From Kineococcus radiotolerans SRS30216 = ATCC BAA-149 (GTDB taxonomy: Bacteria > Actinomycetota > Actinomycetes > Actinomycetales > Kineococcaceae): a DNA stretch of 32,000 nucleotides. The notes under the pieces were generated by a model that was given only the letters and a program-made list of their open reading frames with translations, searched no databases and was not told where the DNA came from. This document shows positions 6,415-13,784 of the stretch, piece by piece. Position numbers and translations under genes: made by a program. Positions within the stretch are counted from its first letter, which is position 1. The number at the start of each line of letters is the position of its first letter. The DNA is taken from NCBI RefSeq assembly GCF_000017305.1, contig NC_009664.2, positions 3,870,001 to 3,902,000 of the forward strand. The letters are read 5' to 3'.

Positions 6415-9400
6415 GTGCGTCTGGCCGTGACGGTCGTCGACCCCCGCGCGGGGAGCCGGCGCGACCTCGTCGTCGAGGCGGACCCGCGGACCCCGTTCGG
6501 CGACCTCGCCCCCGTGCTGGGCACGAGCGGCGCCCGGGTGTTCCACGACGGCGCGGAACTCGCCCCGGACGTCCTGCTCGGCGACAGCGGCGTGCGCGAG
6601 GGAGCCGTCCTCAGCCTGCACGACGCCTCCGGCTGCGTCCCCGCCGAACCGGGCGGGTCCGTCGAGCTGCGCGTCGTCGGCGGCACCGGAGCCGGGGCCG
6701 TGCACCGGCTCGGGGTCGGGGAGCACCTCGTCGGCCCCGCCGGGACCGTCCCCGTCCACGGCCCCGCGACCGTCCGCGTCGCCGTCGCCCCCACCGGCGC
6801 CGTGCTCGTCTCCGCGGCCGGGGGAGAGCCCCGGCTGGAGACGGTGGAACTGCGCGCCGCGCAGCTGTGGAGCGCCGGCGACCTCGTCGACCTCGGCGCG
6901 ACCCTGCTCGGGATCGGCGTGCCCACCGCCCCCGACGCCGTGCTGGAACCCGCCGCGGCCTCCGCCGAGGAGGTCGCGGGGTTCGACTACAACCGCCCGC
7001 CCCGCCTCCTGCCCCCGGACCGGACGACGAGGTTCCGGCTGCCGCACCCGCCCGGGGACCCCGCCCGCCGGCCCTTCCCCGTCGTCGCCGCCCTCGCCCC
7101 GCTGGCCATGAGCGCGACGATGGTCGCCGTCAGCCACCACTACGCCTACCTCGCCATCGGCCTGCTGACCCCGGTCGTGGTCGTGGCCAACGCGCTCGTC
7201 GACCGCAGGGCGGGCCGCACCAGCCACCGCGCCGTCCTGGCCCGCTACCGCCGCGAGAAGCTCACCACCGAGGACGACGCCGCCCGGGCCCTGGTCGCCG
7301 AGCGCCGCGCCCGCCGGGACAGCGCCCCCGACCCCGCCGAGCTGCTGCTCACCGCCATCGGCCCCCGCGCCCGGCTGTGGGAGCGCCGGCGCCGCGACGC
7401 GGACCACCTCCACGTCCGCGTCGGCCTCGCCGACCTGCCCTCCGACGTGGTCGTCGAGGACCCCGAGCAGCTCGAGCACCGCCGGCTGGTGACTGCCACC
7501 GCCTCCCGCGTCCCGGTCACGGTGCCGCTGGCCGAGCACCCCGTCACCGGGGTCGCGGGGGCCGGCGCCCGCGCGCTCGCCGCGCGCTGGCTGGTGCAGC
7601 TGGCCGTCCTGCAGAGCCCCCGCGACGTGTCGCTGCACGTCCTGACCAGCGCGGCGGGACTGGCGGAGTGGGAGTGGGTGCGGTGGGTGCCGCACGCCCG
7701 CGCCGAGGCCGGCGGGGCCGCGTCGGTGTTCGTCGGCACCACCACCGAGACCTGGGCCCGGCGCGTCGCCGAGCTCGGCGCGGCCCTGGAGGACCGGCGG
7801 CGGGCGCTGGCGGACCTGCCCGCCGGAGCCCGCCTCGACGTCCCCGACCTCGTCGTCGTCCTCGACGGGGCCCGGCGGCTGCGCTCGCTGCCCGGGGTCG
7901 TCACCCTGCTCACCGACGGGCCCGCGCTGGGGGTCCGGGTGGTCTGCTGCGAGGAGGACCGCCGATCCCTGCCCGAGGAGTGCTCCGCGGTCGTCGAGGA
8001 GCGCCCCGACGGGTCGCTGCGGGTCGAGCGCCAGCGCCACCCCGTCGTCGCCGGGGTCCTGCCCGACCTCCCCGCCCCGGGGTGGGCCGCCCGGATCGCC
8101 CGCGCGCTGGCCCCCGTGCGCGACGCCGGGAACGACGACGCCGGCGCCGGCCTGCCCGACGGTTCCCGGCTGCTGGACGTCCTGGGCCTGGAACCGCCCA
8201 CCCCGCAGGCGGTCTCGGCCCGCTGGCTGCTGTCCCCGGCGAGCACGACCGCCGTCGTCGGGGAGTCCCTGGACGGGCCCTTCGGCATCGACCTGCGCGC
8301 CGACGGCCCGCACGGCCTCGTCGCCGGCACCACCGGGTCGGGCAAGTCCGAGCTGCTGCAGACGATCGTGGCCTCCCTCGCCGTCGCCAACCGCCCCGAC
8401 GCGATGACCTTCGTGCTCGTGGACTACAAGGGCGGGGCGGCCTTCAAGGACTGCGTCGACCTGCCGCACACCGTCGGGATGGTCACCGACCTCGACACCC
8501 ACCTCGTCGCCCGGGCCCTCACGTCGCTGGGGGCCGAGCTGCACCACCGCGAGCAGCTGCTGGCCGCCGCCGGGGCCAAGGACCTCGAGGACCACGACGA
8601 CCTGCGCGAGGCCGACCCCGGGCGGGGGCTGCCGCGCATCCCGCGGCTGCTCATCGTCATCGACGAGTTCGCCTCCCTGGCCCGGGAGCTGCCCGACTTC
8701 GTCACCGGCCTGGTGAACATCGCCCAGCGCGGGCGCTCGCTCGGCATCCACCTGCTGCTGGCGACCCAGCGGCCCACCGGTGTCGTCAGCGCGGAGATCC
8801 GCGCCAACACCAACCTGCGCATCGCGCTGCGGGTCACCGACGCCGCGGAGAGCTCCGACGTCCTCGACGCCCCGGACGCGGCGCGCATCGCCAAGGCCAC
8901 CCCCGGGCGCGCCTACGTGAAGCTCGGGCACGGCTCCCTCGTCCCCTTCCAGTCCGGGCGCGTCGGGGGCCGGCGCCCGGGGGTGTCGTCCGCGCAGGAC
9001 GTCCCCGCCCCCTGGTCGGCGCCCCTGCCCCCCGCCGACCTCGGCCGCCCCGCACCGCGCCGGCCGAGGGGCCCCGCCGCCCGCGACGACGCCGCCGAGA
9101 CCGACCTGAGGCACCTGGTCGCGGCGGTCCGCGCCGCCGCGGAGGACCTGGGCGTCCCCGCCCCGCGCAGCCCGTGGCTGCCGGCGCTGCCCGCCCTGCT
9201 GAGCGCGGCGGACCTGCCCGCGCCGACCGGGACGAACGCCGCCACGTACGGCACGGTCGACGTGCCCGAGCGCCAGCGGCGCGACGGCCTGGAGTTCGAC
9301 CTCGACGTCCACGGCCACCTCTACGTCGTCGGCGCCCCCCGCAGCGGCCGCTCCCAGCTGCTGCGGACCCTGGCCGCCCGCCTCGCCGAGCGCGTGCCCA

Positions 9401-10755
9401 CCGCGGACCTGCACCTGTACGGCCTGGACTGCGGCGGCGGTGCGCTGCTCGCGCTGGCCGCGCTGCCGCACACCGGCGCCGTCGTGCAGCGCAGCGAGAC
9501 CGACCGGGCGGTGCGGCTGCTCACCCGCCTGCGCGAGGAGGTGCTGCGCCGCCAGGGCGAGCTCGGTGCCCTCGGGGTCGCCGACGTCGGGGAGCAGCGC
9601 GCGCTCGCCGCCGCCGGCGGCCCGCCGGCCTGGCCGCACCTGGTGCTGCTGCTGGACCGCTGGGAGGGCTTCCTCGGGGGCCTGGCCGAGCTCGACGGCC
9701 AGGCCCCGCTGGAGCTGGTGACGACGCTGCTGCGCGAGGGGGCCGGCGTCGGGGTGCACGTCGTGGTCGCCGGCGACCGCCAGCTGCTGACCGGCCGCAC
9801 CGGGACGCTGGTCGAGGACAAGCTGCTGCTGCGCCTGACCGACCGCGCCGACGCGGTCCTGGCCGGTCTCTCGGCCCGGCAGGTGCCGGAGGACGTGCAG
9901 CCCGGACGGCTGCTGCGGGCCGGGACCGGGGCCGAGGCGCAGGTCGCGGTCCTCGGCGACGACCCCTCCGGCCCCGCGCAGGTGGCGGCGCTGGCCGCGC
10001 TCGCGGAGCGGCTGCGCACCCGCGACGCGGGGACCCCGCGCGAGCGGCGGCCGTTCCGGCTCGACGTCCTGCCCACCTCCCTGGACTACGACCGGGCGCT
10101 GGAGCTGACCGAGCGGGGCCCGGGGCGCCTCGTGGCGCTGGTGGGGGTCGGCGGGGACGACCTGACCGGGCTCGGGCCGGACCTGCTGGCCGGGCCCGGG
10201 ACGGCGATCGTCGCCGGCCCCGCGCGCTCGGGCCGCAGCACCGTGCTGCTGACGATGGCCCGGTCCCTGCTGGACCAGGGGGCGCAGGTCGTGATCGCCG
10301 CGCCCCGGCCCTCGCCGCTGCGCGCGCTCGCGGGCCGCCCGGGGGTCCGGGCCGTGCTGACCGGGGACGACCTGACCGCGGCCGAGCTCGAACCGCTCCT
10401 CGGCGCCGCGGCCGGTCCCGCCGTCCTCCTCGTCGACGACGCGGAGGTGCTGCGCAACTGCGCCGCGGACGGCTGGCTGAGCGGGCTGGTCGCCCGCTGC
10501 GGGCGCGACGGGACCGCGGTGATCGTCGCCGGGGAGGCGTCGGAGGTGGGGTCCGGTTTCTCCAACTGGCAGGTCCCGTTGCGGCGCAACCGGTGCGGCG
10601 TCCTCATCGCGCCCGGCGACGTCATGGCCGGCGACGTCGTCGGGGCCCGGGTGCCGCGCAGCGCGCTGGGGGCGCCGGCCCAGCCGGGCCGGGTGCTGCT
10701 GCACACCGGCGACGGCGAGCTGCGCACGGTGGCCGTCCCGCAGTCGGTAGCCTGA
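6415..10755 (+). CDS. FtsK/SpoIIIE-family triple-P-loop ATPase, EssC/EccC-like (type VII secretion-type), with an N-terminal ubiquitin-like domain and an FHA-like domain
   Basis: GTG 6415 has GAGGAG 7 nt upstream. Two TM helices lie around 7075-7200. D1 has Walker A GTTGSGKS (8326-8349) and Walker B LLIVIDEF (about 8647). D2 reads GAPRSGRS (9331-9354). D3 reads GPARSGRS (10216-10239). The 1446-aa length is typical of EssC/EccC. Confidence 0.9.
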   Translation: MRLAVTVVDPRAGSRRDLVVEADPRTPFGDLAPVLGTSGARVFHDGAELAPDVLLGDSGVREGAVLSLHDASGCVPAEPGGSVELRVVGGTGAGAVHRLGVGEHLVGPAGTVPVHGPATVRVAVAPTGAVLVSAAGGEPRLETVELRAAQLWSAGDLVDLGATLLGIGVPTAPDAVLEPAAASAEEVAGFDYNRPPRLLPPDRTTRFRLPHPPGDPARRPFPVVAALAPLAMSATMVAVSHHYAYLAIGLLTPVVVVANALVDRRAGRTSHRAVLARYRREKLTTEDDAARALVAERRARRDSAPDPAELLLTAIGPRARLWERRRRDADHLHVRVGLADLPSDVVVEDPEQLEHRRLVTATASRVPVTVPLAEHPVTGVAGAGARALAARWLVQLAVLQSPRDVSLHVLTSAAGLAEWEWVRWVPHARAEAGGAASVFVGTTTETWARRVAELGAALEDRRRALADLPAGARLDVPDLVVVLDGARRLRSLPGVVTLLTDGPALGVRVVCCEEDRRSLPEECSAVVEERPDGSLRVERQRHPVVAGVLPDLPAPGWAARIARALAPVRDAGNDDAGAGLPDGSRLLDVLGLEPPTPQAVSARWLLSPASTTAVVGESLDGPFGIDLRADGPHGLVAGTTGSGKSELLQTIVASLAVANRPDAMTFVLVDYKGGAAFKDCVDLPHTVGMVTDLDTHLVARALTSLGAELHHREQLLAAAGAKDLEDHDDLREADPGRGLPRIPRLLIVIDEFASLARELPDFVTGLVNIAQRGRSLGIHLLLATQRPTGVVSAEIRANTNLRIALRVTDAAESSDVLDAPDAARIAKATPGRAYVKLGHGSLVPFQSGRVGGRRPGVSSAQDVPAPWSAPLPPADLGRPAPRRPRGPAARDDAAETDLRHLVAAVRAAAEDLGVPAPRSPWLPALPALLSAADLPAPTGTNAATYGTVDVPERQRRDGLEFDLDVHGHLYVVGAPRSGRSQLLRTLAARLAERVPTADLHLYGLDCGGGALLALAALPHTGAVVQRSETDRAVRLLTRLREEVLRRQGELGALGVADVGEQRALAAAGGPPAWPHLVLLLDRWEGFLGGLAELDGQAPLELVTTLLREGAGVGVHVVVAGDRQLLTGRTGTLVEDKLLLRLTDRADAVLAGLSARQVPEDVQPGRLLRAGTGAEAQVAVLGDDPSGPAQVAALAALAERLRTRDAGTPRERRPFRLDVLPTSLDYDRALELTERGPGRLVALVGVGGDDLTGLGPDLLAGPGTAIVAGPARSGRSTVLLTMARSLLDQGAQVVIAAPRPSPLRALAGRPGVRAVLTGDDLTAAELEPLLGAAAGPAVLLVDDAEVLRNCAADGWLSGLVARCGRDGTAVIVAGEASEVGSGFSNWQVPLRRNRCGVLIAPGDVMAGDVVGARVPRSALGAPAQPGRVLLHTGDGELRTVAVPQSVA

Positions 10756-10759
10756 CCCG

Positions 10760-11641
10760 GTGCCGGCCAGCCCCTCCCCGCGGAGCCCTCAGGCGTCCCC
10801 GGAGGCCGGGCGCAGCGGGTTCGCCGTGCGGCTGGACAACTTCGAGGGCCCCTTCGACCTGCTGCTGGGCCTCATCACCAAGCACCAGCTCGACGTCACC
10901 GAGGTCGCCCTCGCCCGGGTGACCGACGACTTCATCGCCCACCTGCGCGCCGCCTCCCGCCAGGAGGAGGACTTCGACCTCGACGAGGCCAGCGAGTTCC
11001 TGCTGGTCGCCGCGACGCTGCTGGACCTCAAGGCCGCCCGCCTGCTGCCCGCCGCCGACGTCGAGGACCCCGAGGACCTCGCGCTGCTGGAGGCCCGCGA
11101 CCTGCTCTTCGCCCGGCTGCTGCAGTACCGCGCCTACAAGCAGGTCGCCGCGCTGCTGGCCGAGCGCTTCGAGCAGGCGTCGCGGCGGGTGCCGCGGGCG
11201 GTGGCGGTGGAGCCGCACTTCGAGAAGCTGCTGCCCGAGCTCGTGCTCACCGTCTCCCGCGAGCAGTTCGCCGCGATCGCGGCCCGCGCCCTGACCCCGC
11301 GGCCGACGGCGCTGGTCGACCTGGACCACCTGCACTCCAGCGCGGTGAGCGTCCGCGAGCAGGCGAGCCTCGTGGTGGACCGGCTGCGGCGCGCGGGGAC
11401 GGCCACGTTCGCCGAGCTCGTGGCCGACGCCGGGGACGGGGAGCTCGGGACGCTGGTGGTCGTGGCCCGGTTCCTGGCCGTGCTGGAGCTGTTCCGCGAG
11501 CGCCGGGTGCGCCTGGAGCAGCCGGAGGCGCTGGGGGAGCTGACCGTGCGCTGGGACGCGCAGGTGGAGGCCGAGCGGGGCGCGGCGGCGGCCGCGGTGC
11601 CGGCCGGGCTGGACGAGTTCGAGGGAGGGACCGGCGCGTGA
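10760..11641 (+). CDS. scpA: Segregation and condensation protein A (ScpA kleisin)
   Basis: The conserved N-terminus FAVRLDNFEGPFDLLLGLITKHQLDVTEVALARVTDDFIAHL and the C-terminal winged-helix region LVVVARFLAVLELFRE are present. It is followed by scpB with a GTGA overlap. Confidence 0.9.
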   Translation: MPASPSPRSPQASPEAGRSGFAVRLDNFEGPFDLLLGLITKHQLDVTEVALARVTDDFIAHLRAASRQEEDFDLDEASEFLLVAATLLDLKAARLLPAADVEDPEDLALLEARDLLFARLLQYRAYKQVAALLAERFEQASRRVPRAVAVEPHFEKLLPELVLTVSREQFAAIAARALTPRPTALVDLDHLHSSAVSVREQASLVVDRLRRAGTATFAELVADAGDGELGTLVVVARFLAVLELFRERRVRLEQPEALGELTVRWDAQVEAERGAAAAAVPAGLDEFEGGTGA

Positions 11642-12393
11642 GCGAGCAGGAGCGGGTGGACGGGACGGGCGGGACGAGCGGGGCGGTGGGGGCCGGCGGG
11701 GAGGACCCCGGCCGCCGGGTGCGGGCCGCGCTGGAGGCCGTCCTCATGGTCGCCGACGAGCCGGTGCGGGTGCAGGCGCTGGCCCGGGCGACGGGGGAGG
11801 CCCCCGACGAGGTGGACCTGCTGCTGCGCGAGCTGGCGGGGGAGTACGCCGAGCAGGGCCGCGGCTTCGAGCTGCGCGAGGTGGGCGGGGGCTGGCGGGT
11901 GTACTCCCGCGCCGAGCACGCCGACGTCGTGGAGGCCTTCCTGCTGGACGGGCAGACGGCCAAGCTCACCCAGGCCGCGCTGGAGACCCTGGCGATCGTG
12001 GCCTACCGCCAGCCGGTCAGCCGGGCCCGGGTGTCGGCGGTGCGCGGGGTCAGCGTCGACGGGGTGATGCGCACCCTGCTGACCCGGGGGCTGGTCTGCG
12101 AGGCCGGCGTGGAGGCCACGTCGGGGGCGACGCTCTACCGCACGACCGAGGAGTTCCTGCAGCGGATGGGGCTGGACGGCCTGGAGGACCTCCCGCCGCT
12201 GGCGCCCTTCCTGCCCGACGAGCTGACGGTGGAGGACCTCGAACCGCGCGAGGTCCTTGCCGAGCCGGTGCGCGAGCCGGTGCGCGAGCCGGTTCCCGCC
12301 GCTCCCGGCGTGGGGGATGATGAGGTACCCGGCCGCGGGGCGAGCACGCAGGAGCCCCGGCCGGGTCTCGAACACCACCAGGAGGACTCATGA
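11638..12393 (+). CDS. scpB: Segregation and condensation protein B (ScpB)
   Basis: The motifs ALEAVLMVADEPV, GFELREVGGGWRVYSR, KLTQAALETLAIVAYRQPVSRARVSAVRGV and LYRTTEEFLQRMGL are typical of ScpB. Confidence 0.9.
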   Translation: MSEQERVDGTGGTSGAVGAGGEDPGRRVRAALEAVLMVADEPVRVQALARATGEAPDEVDLLLRELAGEYAEQGRGFELREVGGGWRVYSRAEHADVVEAFLLDGQTAKLTQAALETLAIVAYRQPVSRARVSAVRGVSVDGVMRTLLTRGLVCEAGVEATSGATLYRTTEEFLQRMGLDGLEDLPPLAPFLPDELTVEDLEPREVLAEPVREPVREPVPAAPGVGDDEVPGRGASTQEPRPGLEHHQEDS

Positions 12394-13358
12394 GCCCGAA
12401 CGCGCCCCGCAGCAGCGGTGGCCGAGGGCAGGGCCGCCCCCAGCGGTCCGGCCGCCCCCAGCCGGGCGGCGGCAAGGCGCAGGGCGGACCGCGCGGCGCG
12501 GGCGGCAAGGCCGCCCCGGGTGCCCGCCGCGGCTCCGCCAAGCGGATGACCAACGACGTCAAGCCCGCGCCCCAGCCGCCGCGCCGCGGCCCGGGCCCGA
12601 TCAAGGCCCACCCCGGCACCGACGTCCACGACCCCGAGGGCGTGCGCCTGCAGAAGGTCCTGGCCCAGGCCGGGGCCGGCTCGCGCCGCGCCTGCGAGGA
12701 GATGATCGCCGCCGGGCGGGTCACCGTCGACGGCGAGGTCGTCACCGAGCTCGGCGTGCGCATCGACCCGACCCGCCAGGTCGTCCACGTCGACGGCATG
12801 CGCTTCTCCATCGACGACGAGCTCGTCTACATCATGGTGAACAAGCCCAAGGGCGTCGTCTCCACCATGTACGACGAGGAGGGCCGGCTGAACCTGGCCG
12901 ACATGGTCGGTCCGCGCGAGGAGCGGCTGTTCCACGTGGGCCGCCTGGACCTCGAGACCGAGGGCCTCATCCTGCTCACCAACGACGGCGCGCTGACCCA
13001 CCGGCTGCAGCACCCCTCGTTCGGGGTGCAGAAGACCTACCTCGCCGAGGTCCGCGGGCCGGTCAAGCGCGACCTGGGCCGCAACCTGCGCGCCGGGATC
13101 GAGCTGGACGACGGCCCGGTCTCGGTCGACTCCTTCAAGCTCGTCGACTCCAAGCCGGGGTACGCGCTGGTCGAGGTGGTCCTGCACGAGGGCCGCAAGC
13201 ACATCGTGCGGCGCATGCTGGAGGCCGAGGGCTACCCCGTCCTCAAGCTCGTCCGGGTCCAGATGGGCCCCATCGTCCTGGGCGACCTCAAGCCGGGCAA
13301 GAACCGCCGCCTGACCCGCGGCGAGGTCCAGCAGCTGATGGCGGTCGCGGGCCTGTGA
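12390..13358 (+). CDS. rluB: rRNA pseudouridine synthase, RluB/RsuA family, with a basic low-complexity N-terminal extension and an S4 domain
   Basis: The ATGA start overlaps the scpB stop. The S4 region reads LQKVLAQAGAGSRRACEEMIAAGRVTVDGE. The catalytic motif is HVGRLDLETEGLILLTNDG. The conserved RluB position after scpAB supports the call. Confidence 0.88.
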   Translation: MSPNAPRSSGGRGQGRPQRSGRPQPGGGKAQGGPRGAGGKAAPGARRGSAKRMTNDVKPAPQPPRRGPGPIKAHPGTDVHDPEGVRLQKVLAQAGAGSRRACEEMIAAGRVTVDGEVVTELGVRIDPTRQVVHVDGMRFSIDDELVYIMVNKPKGVVSTMYDEEGRLNLADMVGPREERLFHVGRLDLETEGLILLTNDGALTHRLQHPSFGVQKTYLAEVRGPVKRDLGRNLRAGIELDDGPVSVDSFKLVDSKPGYALVEVVLHEGRKHIVRRMLEAEGYPVLKLVRVQMGPIVLGDLKPGKNRRLTRGEVQQLMAVAGL

Positions 13359-13375
13359 GCGGGGCGGGAGCGGCG

Positions 13376-13756
13376 GTGGGTACCCTTCCGCGCGTGTCGG
13401 TGCGGGCGGTTCGCGGTGCGGTGCAGGTGGACGTCGACGAGCGCGAGGAGGTGCTGGCCCGGACGCGGGACCTCGTGAGCGAGGTCATCCGGGCCAACGA
13501 CCTCAGCCTCGACGACTTCATCAGCGTCATCTTCACCTCCACCGCCGACCTGGTCTCGGAGTTCCCCGCCGTCGCCGCGCGCGAGCTCGGCATGGGCGAC
13601 GTGCCGCTGATGTGCGCGCGCGAGCTGGAGATCGCGGGCTCCATGCCGCGGGTCATCCGGCTCATGGCGCACGTGGAGACGCCGCGGGCGCGCAGCGAGG
13701 TCAAGCACGTCTACCTCAACGGTGCGCAGGCGCTGCGGCGCGACATCGCCCAGTGA
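13376..13756 (+). CDS. aroH: Chorismate mutase, AroH class. Alternative GTG starts lie at 13394 and 13400.
   Basis: VRAVRGAVQVD...VIFTSTADLVSEFPAVAARELGMGDVPLMCARELEIAGSMPRVIRLMAHVE...VKHVYLNGAQALRRD is colinear with Bacillus AroH (IRGIRGATTV...). Confidence 0.85.
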   Translation: MGTLPRVSVRAVRGAVQVDVDEREEVLARTRDLVSEVIRANDLSLDDFISVIFTSTADLVSEFPAVAARELGMGDVPLMCARELEIAGSMPRVIRLMAHVETPRARSEVKHVYLNGAQALRRDIAQ

Positions 13757-13784
13757 CCCGCGCCGCGACCCCCCCGACGACCCG

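Noticed and set aside
1047-6926. Several long minus-strand ORFs across the Tad/LysM region (1047-2411, 2571-4667, 3943-6003, 4698-6926)
   Set aside because: They are extremely Arg/Pro/Gly/Ser-rich with runs such as RRRR and PRPR. They overlap one another and overlap well supported + strand genes, so they are high-GC frame artefacts.
6379-10704. A 1441-aa ORF on the minus strand, antisense to the EssC-like ATPase gene
   Set aside because: The translation is a low-complexity Arg/Gly/Pro/Ala/Gln-rich string with no motifs. This is the typical mirror ORF produced by high-GC codon bias. The + strand frame carries Walker A/B motifs and proper GC3 bias.
6867-10922. A 1351-aa + strand ORF in an alternative frame of the ATPase gene. 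Similar alternative-frame ORFs occur at 2265-2807, 5238-6032, 25912-28497 and 28636-30573.
   Set aside because: These are out-of-frame read-throughs with Arg/Pro/Gly-dominated composition. Where such an ORF contains a real gene, only the motif-bearing downstream part was annotated.
12262-12297. A tandem 12-bp repeat, GAGCCGGTGCGC, present in two copies plus a degenerate third
   Set aside because: It encodes EPVR-EPVR-EPVP in the disordered C-terminal tail of ScpB. This is a trivial slippage-type repeat with no sign of regulatory function.
12390-12600. A highly basic Gly/Arg/Pro-rich N-terminal region of about 70 aa in the pseudouridine synthase, which could suggest a fusion or mis-annotated start
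   Set aside because: The frame is continuous with good GC3, and the ATGA start is coupled to scpB. Basic disordered N-terminal extensions are common on actinobacterial RluB-type enzymes, so this is not treated as novel.
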